Shown here one piece after another: positions 51,969 through 57,618 of a DNA stretch of 57,618 nucleotides. The notes under the pieces were generated by a model. The model was not told the origin of the DNA, ran no database searches, and was given only the letters and a program-made list of their open reading frames with translations. Made by a program: the position numbers and the translations under genes. Each line of letters opens with the position of its first letter. Within the stretch, counting starts at the first letter, position 1. Origin of the DNA: Candidatus Poribacteria bacterium (GTDB taxonomy: Bacteria; Poribacteria; WGA-4E; UBA9662); contig JAYGDX010000163.1 of assembly GCA_046582655.1 (NCBI GenBank), forward strand, positions 1 to 57,618. The letters are read 5' to 3'.

Positions 51969-53270
51969 GTGGAACCCTATATTTCATCCTCTCGATTATG
52001 GCAGGCAGACGAGCTAGTCTTAGCCACGAAAGTTCTTCCCACTATGGATTATCCCAAACTTCGTTATGTAGACATTTCACCGATACAGGCAGAGGATCGC
52101 CAGTTTTTATTTCTTAGTGATCCGTTTCATTATACAACCGAACCCGTATTTGTTCCGTTAGAGTTATTTCCTGTCTTACGCTGCTTGGACGGAACCCATT
52201 CGGTCACCGATATCCAAAACAAGTTTCGCCAGCAGACTTCACAGGATCTGCCACTTGAGGTGATTCAGGAGTTTGTTCGGGAGTTGGATTCATACTTTCT
52301 GTTGGAAAATGAGACGTTTTATCAACACCGCCAAAAGGTACAGGACGATTTTCGGGCTCTACAGATCCGACCGTCATCACTGGCAGGCACCTCGTATCCG
52401 GAAGACGCCAGCCAACTAACAGAACAGTTGCACGGTTATTTTTCCGGTTCAGGCGGGCCTGGTAAGCCAAATGGATCTATTCCTTCGGATCAGAAATTAA
52501 TTGGTGCGGTTATTCCGCATATTGACCTTCGTCGAGGAGGATCGTGTTTTGCCTACGCCTACAAGGAAATTGTGGAGAAATCGGATGCTGATTTGTATGT
52601 CATCTTGGGTGTGAAGCATGCCGGTTTTCAAGGGTTGTTCACCACTACCGAAAAGGATTTTGAAACACCTTTAGGCGAAACGAAAACTAACCGTGAGTTT
52701 CTGGATCTGTTACAGAACGATTATGCCTTTAACCTATTAGAAGATGAATTCGCTCACAAAAATGAGCATTCTATTGAATTGCAGGTTGTGTTTATGCAGG
52801 CTGTTTTCGAGAACAACTACGAAATTGTCCCTATCATTTGCGGCAGTTTCGATCAGGAGTTGATTGAGGGAAAAAACCCGGATCAATTGGATGAAGTTCA
52901 GCAATTTATCGGAAAACTGCGCTCGGCCATCAAAAAAATTGACAGAAAAGTGTGTTTGATTGCCAGTGTTGACGGCAGCCACATGGGAGATCGGTTTGGC
53001 GATTCTCTGCCAATTGATGAATCTCTTCTCAAACGGATTCAGTATGATGATTTGGAACTATTAAGGTATATTGAGAATCTCGACGTCAGCCGTTTCCTCA
53101 ATCGCATTCAGGTGACACGAAACCAGAATCGGGTCGATGGTGTTTGCCCAATCTACGTTTTATTGGAAACGTTGCAACCTTCTTCCAGTAAATTATTGAA
53201 GTATGATCAAAGCGTTGAATCGGAAGCGAATTCGGTCGTTACTTTTGCCAGTATGGGATTTTATGCGTGA
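51969..53270 (+). CDS. AmmeMemoRadiSam system protein B (MEMO1 family) with N-terminal extension
   Basis: RPSSLAGTSYP, AVIPHID, ILGVKH, FETPLG, HKNEHSIELQ and IASVDGSHMGDRFGD. The likely start is ATG 52044. Confidence 0.85.
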   Translation: MEPYISSSRLWQADELVLATKVLPTMDYPKLRYVDISPIQAEDRQFLFLSDPFHYTTEPVFVPLELFPVLRCLDGTHSVTDIQNKFRQQTSQDLPLEVIQEFVRELDSYFLLENETFYQHRQKVQDDFRALQIRPSSLAGTSYPEDASQLTEQLHGYFSGSGGPGKPNGSIPSDQKLIGAVIPHIDLRRGGSCFAYAYKEIVEKSDADLYVILGVKHAGFQGLFTTTEKDFETPLGETKTNREFLDLLQNDYAFNLLEDEFAHKNEHSIELQVVFMQAVFENNYEIVPIICGSFDQELIEGKNPDQLDEVQQFIGKLRSAIKKIDRKVCLIASVDGSHMGDRFGDSLPIDESLLKRIQYDDLELLRYIENLDVSRFLNRIQVTRNQNRVDGVCPIYVLLETLQPSSSKLLKYDQSVESEANSVVTFASMGFYA

Positions 53271-53449
53271 TGTTTTTGCCTGGAATCGTTAGACATTGTT
53301 CTTGAATAGAAATGATGATTTGACGTTTTTTGTAATTCCGGCTAGGATAAGGCCTTTTTTCACTATGATATGCGTTTAAAGTATGACACATTCTGAATAG
53401 TACTCGGGAAACTAAAACAGTTTTTTGACGCAAACGGAGGAATTCGCTC

Positions 53450-54230
53450 ATGAAGAGATTGAATTTGCTGCTATTTTTTATAACAGTTGCATTGTTCATT
53501 TCCCCATTAATTGTGATAGATCGAAGTTCTGCTGGGATTGACCCGAAATCCGTTCTTTGGTATGTAGCTATTTGATGAAGGCGATGGTAGAAAAGCCAAG
53601 GATTCCTCTGACAACGGTCTGGACGGGGAGTTCATAGGTAAACCCAAATGGGTGAAAGGTGAATTCGGCAGTGCTTTGGAATTTGATGGTGCCGGGGCTG
53701 GCGTTAAAATCTCGCCTGGGCTGGTTCACGAAAAATTTACCACTATAGTTTGGGTTTACAGTGAGGGAGATTGGGGAGTAAAACGCACCGAGATTTGGTT
53801 TGGCAGTCAAACCTATGGATATTTTGTCTTGCTGAGAGGAGACGAAAGAGCCGCTTGGAAACAAAGTGAGGGCATGTTGCATTGGTACGATGAAGCAGGT
53901 TGGCATGCGATAGGTTCAGGTAAACTGAAGGCGGAGACATGGTATCATTTGGCTGGCGGCTATGATGGCAAGAAGCTGGAATTTTACTTGAACGGTAAAT
54001 TAATAGGTTCTGAAGAGACTAAAATTGCTAATGCTACAAAAGATATGACTATAGGATGTCACCCGAATCCCACTAATTGGTTTAAAGGCATAATTGACGA
54101 TATAGCCGTTTTTGATAGAGCATTGACTAAAGAGGAAATAAACAAGATCATAACTTTTGGGTTGGAACAGATGAATTCTGTGTCCAGCCGGGAAAAACTG
54201 GGAATCAGGTGGGGGGAAATCAAGAATTAG
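53450..54230 (+). pseudogene. Secreted LamG/concanavalin-A-like jellyroll protein, disrupted near the N-terminus
   Basis: GGAGG RBS, ATG 53450 and a signal peptide to IDPKSVL; an extra T near 53558 and a TAG where Trp is expected (GM*LFDEGDG..AKDSSDNG) precede ORF 53652-54230 (GSALEFDG, WYHLAGGYDG, FYLNG, FKGIIDDIAVFDRALT); C-terminal WGEIK motif. Confidence 0.8.
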
Positions 54231-54328
54231 TGAAAGATGTTTGGTATAAAATATTCAGTTTAAATGACACATTTTTGAGCTGGGTTAAGGGGCAGTACAT
54301 TATTGTTTTGCATTTATGCAAAAAATAT

Positions 54329-54357
54329 TTGACTTTTTTTCCTAGGTATGGTTTAAT
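54329..54357 (+). promoter_or_regulatory. Putative sigma70 promoter for 54451 gene
   Basis: TTGACT-17 nt-TTTAAT with an extended -10 TG. Confidence 0.55.
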
Positions 54358-54450
54358 GAAAAAATTATGTTTGTTATGCAGTCCTCTTGAATTTGAGGCT
54401 GCAACCTGATAGCAGATAATCAATTATGTTTAACAAGGAGAAATTTTAGC

Positions 54451-55320
54451 ATGAGAGCATTTAAAGTTTTTGTGGTGTTTATGGTTGTCGTGTTTTTGGC
54501 TACCGTGCAACTGGCTATGGCTGGACCGCCAAATGTCACGGGCGGCCCTCTCAAAAAAGCGGACGAAATGAAGACTGCGGAAGAACTTGGGTTAACAAGG
54601 CTGGACTCAAGGCGTGCGGACGCCCCTTGGATCTATGACTGGTATGGTCCCGATGGCGGTTATATGGATAATGGCGGGTTTGCTGTGTCGGCTCCTATAG
54701 ACCTGATCGCAGAAGGGTCTGGAGGCAAGTTGACCCAAGTCGAATTATCAACCATGGCAGGGTTGCTGAAGACCAAGACCGTCATGCTTGAGGGTTGGGG
54801 AGATCACCTCATGGTCACAGCAAAGCCACCAGCAAAAGGCGATTGGCGTGTCCTCAGTTTAGGAGATACGCCTGATGCTGAGGGCGGGCGCAACATGTCC
54901 TCCAGGTATGGGTTGCCCTGTCAAAATAATTTCGATACCTATCAAATTATTGTTATTAATGCACCAAGCAAAATGAAAGCCGTTATGTCTCCAGCACAGG
55001 ATGACCATGCGCAAATCTGGATTAATGGTGCCAAGTGGCTCAACGATTCCGTATGGACGGGACATCCGACGGATGTCGACTTTGATGTTGAAGTTACGCT
55101 CGAAAAAGGTGGAAACGTTCTCCTGTATCGGTGTGGAGAATCTGGCGGTCACGACTATGCCAACCTCCATTTTGATGATGCAACCATGGGCAAAGTAGAA
55201 ATCTACCCTAAAGCAGGTCAGTCCAAGGCAGCGTTCCTTGAGCAGGCAGGTAATTTGGGAACGGCGGTTTCGCCACGCGATAGAGTGTCGAGCGTTTGGG
55301 GAGACATTAAGTCAGAGTAA
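54451..55320 (+). CDS. Secreted hypothetical protein, paralog A (beta-sandwich-like core, C-terminal WGDIK motif)
   Basis: AAGGAG RBS, signal peptide ending AMA, QDDHAQIWING..VTLEKGGNVLL core; strongly similar to 56750-57595. Confidence 0.85.
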   Translation: MRAFKVFVVFMVVVFLATVQLAMAGPPNVTGGPLKKADEMKTAEELGLTRLDSRRADAPWIYDWYGPDGGYMDNGGFAVSAPIDLIAEGSGGKLTQVELSTMAGLLKTKTVMLEGWGDHLMVTAKPPAKGDWRVLSLGDTPDAEGGRNMSSRYGLPCQNNFDTYQIIVINAPSKMKAVMSPAQDDHAQIWINGAKWLNDSVWTGHPTDVDFDVEVTLEKGGNVLLYRCGESGGHDYANLHFDDATMGKVEIYPKAGQSKAAFLEQAGNLGTAVSPRDRVSSVWGDIKSE

Positions 55321-55351
55321 GTAATTTACCCAACCAAAATTTGTGATTTTT

Positions 55352-55386
55352 AGCGGCACACTTTCATCAATTGTGTGTCGCTTTTT
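55352..55386 (+). terminator. Rho-independent terminator
   Basis: AGCGGCACAC / GTGTGTCGCT 10-bp stem (one G-U) followed by a T-run, 31 nt after the stop of the 54451 gene. Confidence 0.7.
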
Positions 55387-55520
55387 CATGCCCAAAATTG
55401 GAAGGTTACCCTTTGGATCTGCCACTATTTAGAAAATTAATATGGATATGCCGGTAAAAACAGGATTCATTTCACATTGATGCTGTCAACAAATTATCAG
55501 ACTTGCCTAAAGACAAGAGT

Positions 55521-56381
55521 ATGAGATTAAACAAGAAGAATAGATTTGTCTTATTGGTGCTGTATTGTTTAATGGGGTGTGATCCAGTTTCAGATGAGCT
55601 TATCGGCAAGTACTTGGAAAAACGGATTATTTGGGAAAAGGATGGAGCCGAGATGGTCTTGATTCCTGCCGGTAGTTTTGAGATGGGTGACCAGGAAATT
55701 ACCTATGCTGATCCCGTGCATTCGGTGAAATTAGATGCCTTTTACATGGATGTCCGGGAGGTAACGGTAAAACAGTTCAAGGAGTTTGTACAAGAGAGTG
55801 GATATGTCTACCACCACTGGGATGAAGTACCCAAATATTCACCCACGGATCAGCATCCAATGATTTATGTCGATTGGTATCAGGCGATGGAATATGCTAA
55901 GTGGGCGGGTAAGCGTTTACCAACTGAAGCGGAATGGGAATATGCCGCCCGTGGCGGATTGGTGAAAAAGCAGTATCCATGGGGAGATGAAATCGGTCAT
56001 GACAACGCCAACTATGCGGGCGCCAGCGGGAAAGACATATGGGATCAACAAACAGCACCGGTAGGAAGTTTCGATCCTAACGGTTACGGTTTGTACGATA
56101 TGGCGGGTAATGTCCATGAATGGTGTCTGGACGCATTCGATCAAAATTTTTATAGCAGGAGTTCGAGGAAAAACCCTCTTGCTGGACATTCGAGCATAGA
56201 AGAAGTTGTAAGCAATTACAAAGATGTTGTTTCTGGTCGAGTGTTACGCGGTGGATCCTGGACCTACAGTAAATGCTACGTGAGTGTGGCTTACCGTGAC
56301 TATGGCAATACGGATCATAGATTTAGTAGTGGTGGTTTTCGCTGTGTGTTGGGATCAGTTGACTCTTTGTCATCGGAGTGA
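55521..56381 (+). CDS. Lipoprotein with FGE-sulfatase (SUMF1, C-type-lectin-like) domain
   Basis: Lipobox LMGC; MVLIPAGSFEMG, EVT, KRLPTEAEWEYAARGG, NGYGLYDMAGNVHEW and RGGSW..GFRCV. Confidence 0.9.
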   Translation: MRLNKKNRFVLLVLYCLMGCDPVSDELIGKYLEKRIIWEKDGAEMVLIPAGSFEMGDQEITYADPVHSVKLDAFYMDVREVTVKQFKEFVQESGYVYHHWDEVPKYSPTDQHPMIYVDWYQAMEYAKWAGKRLPTEAEWEYAARGGLVKKQYPWGDEIGHDNANYAGASGKDIWDQQTAPVGSFDPNGYGLYDMAGNVHEWCLDAFDQNFYSRSSRKNPLAGHSSIEEVVSNYKDVVSGRVLRGGSWTYSKCYVSVAYRDYGNTDHRFSSGGFRCVLGSVDSLSSE

Positions 56382-56603
56382 AACTGATCCGTCTTCAGGC
56401 TGTATTGGGAGCTTGATCGGGAAAAATGCAACGTGGGAATAACCTTTATTCGACGGAGAATTGTCTTGATAGGATGAGCATGGCCTGAGCAGTAAATTGT
56501 TGCATTGGTAAATTGTAATCAAACATGCTAAGAATATGATATTGCGTAGTTCGAAAAAAAAGCTCTTTTTTTCGCCAATGTTCTATAAAATTAACATTTA
56601 AAA

Positions 56604-56632
56604 TTGACTTTTTTTGCAACTTTTGATATAGT
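56604..56632 (+). promoter_or_regulatory. Putative sigma70 promoter for 56750 gene
   Basis: TTGACT-17 nt-TATAGT with an extended -10 TG. Confidence 0.65.
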
Positions 56633-56749
56633 ATGCTCGGTATATTGCGAGTGAAACAGGGTCAAACCCCGCTCGCGCAATTTCAGTAAAGTTACAATCT
56701 AACCTTAAATTCTTAAAATTGGTTCAATTCAAAAAGGAGAGATTTAAGC

Positions 56750-57595
56750 ATGAGAGCATTTAAAGTTTTTGTGTTGTCTATGGTTGTCGTGTTTTTTGTT
56801 ACCATGCAACTGGCTATGGCTGGAAAGCCGAATGTCACGGGCGGTCCCATCAAAAAAGGTCAGGAGATGGCTCAACCGGACGCTGCTCGGCTAAACCGAA
56901 TGAGTCCTGATGCACCTTGGATCGAAAAGTGGTTGGTACCGGATGGCGGTTTCATGAATAATGGCGGGTTTGCTGTGTCGGCTCCAAACGACCTCATTGA
57001 TGAAGCAACAAAAGGGAAACTGGATCAGCCTAAGTTATCGACTTACGAAGGTTTGTTGGAAGCCCAGAAGATCGGAATTGACTTTCCAAAAAAGAACCAT
57101 ATGAAAGGTGCAGAGGGTAAATTTTTAGTCGTTAGTTTTGAACCGGGTGAAGCTGGTGGGCGCAACATGTCCTCCAGGTATGGGTTACCCTGTCAAAATA
57201 ATTTCGATACCTATCAAATTATCGTTATCAACGCACCGGGCGACATGAAAGCCGTTATGTCCCCATCACAAGATGATCACGCGCAAATCTGGATTAATGG
57301 TGAGAAGTGGTTCAACGATTCCGTATGGACCGGCAACCCAGTAGACGTTGATTTTGATATTGAGATAGAACTGAAAGCCGGTGGAAACGTCCTCCTATAT
57401 CGGTGTGGAGAATCTGGCGGTCATGATTATGCCAATCTTCATCTTGATGATTCAACCATGGGCAAGGTAGATATCTACCCGGATAAGGCCAAAAATGCAA
57501 AATCGTTCTTTAATGAAATTGCTCCCGCCTTTGGTGTCGCACCGAAAGGTAAACTGCCAAGCGTTTGGGGTGATGTCAAATCCATTAATCAGTAA
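56750..57595 (+). CDS. Secreted hypothetical protein, paralog B (C-terminal WGDVK motif)
   Basis: AAGGAG RBS, N-terminus nearly identical to paralog A, and identical blocks GGRNMSSRYGLPCQNNFDTYQIIVINAP and GGNVLLYRCGESGGHDYANLH. Confidence 0.85.
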   Translation: MRAFKVFVLSMVVVFFVTMQLAMAGKPNVTGGPIKKGQEMAQPDAARLNRMSPDAPWIEKWLVPDGGFMNNGGFAVSAPNDLIDEATKGKLDQPKLSTYEGLLEAQKIGIDFPKKNHMKGAEGKFLVVSFEPGEAGGRNMSSRYGLPCQNNFDTYQIIVINAPGDMKAVMSPSQDDHAQIWINGEKWFNDSVWTGNPVDVDFDIEIELKAGGNVLLYRCGESGGHDYANLHLDDSTMGKVDIYPDKAKNAKSFFNEIAPAFGVAPKGKLPSVWGDVKSINQ

Positions 57596-57618
57596 CAGAA
57601 TCGTTGGCAAAGGTCAAA

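Noticed and set aside
53555..53570. TAG in the LamG-like gene as pyrrolysine or programmed read-through
   Set aside because: It replaces an expected Trp (TGG to TAG) right beside a 1-nt insertion; simple pseudogenisation or error is more likely.
990..57500. Numerous short antisense or overlapping ORFs in the track (e.g. 1576-1962, 4000-4437, 7529-7885, 32016-32477, 33140-33454)
   Set aside because: They overlap well-supported genes on the opposite strand or in another frame and have no recognisable motifs.
1..57618. tRNA (including tRNA-Sec), rRNA, sel genes or a reverse transcriptase
   Set aside because: None recognised by eye in this window, so the Sec and DGR hypotheses depend on genes elsewhere in the genome.

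Overview
Bacterial chromosomal window from a diderm organism (bamA, skp, lpxD, lolCD, lnt present). The expansions of PhyH and Gfo/Idh/MocA genes, a LamG-like gene and secreted proteins ending in a V-x-P/S-x(7)-WG-[DE]-[IV]-K motif suggest Candidatus Poribacteria or a relative; this is inference, as no rRNA gene is present. Layout: (1) 1-16 kb, a decaying accessory region with two IS5-family remnants, pseudogenes and small-molecule oxidoreductases; (2) 18.3-37.3 kb, a long co-directional envelope/translation run, lnt-GGDEF-prfB-lysS-lolC/E-lolD-ilvE-bamA-skp-lpxD, followed directly by an archaeal-type isoprenoid ether-lipid module (UbiA prenyltransferase, DGGGP synthase-like, 2[4Fe-4S] ferredoxin, digeranylgeranylglycerophospholipid reductase-like, group II GGGP synthase); (3) 38-43 kb, gap-tpiA-secG to hemB; (4) 43-57.6 kb, accessory catabolic genes and secreted paralogs. 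The most striking signal is that the reductase ORF starts at 32749 and has one in-frame TGA at the conserved Cys of the PVRC[GA]EG motif, followed by a SECIS-like hairpin, which makes it a candidate selenocysteine-containing geranylgeranyl reductase in a bacterial archaeal-lipid operon. A second locus (10555 to 9305, minus strand) has TGA at both Cys positions of a thioredoxin-like CxxC motif (UxxU) plus a downstream hairpin, independently suggesting Sec decoding, though that locus is otherwise decayed. All family calls come from recalled motifs; no database search was run.
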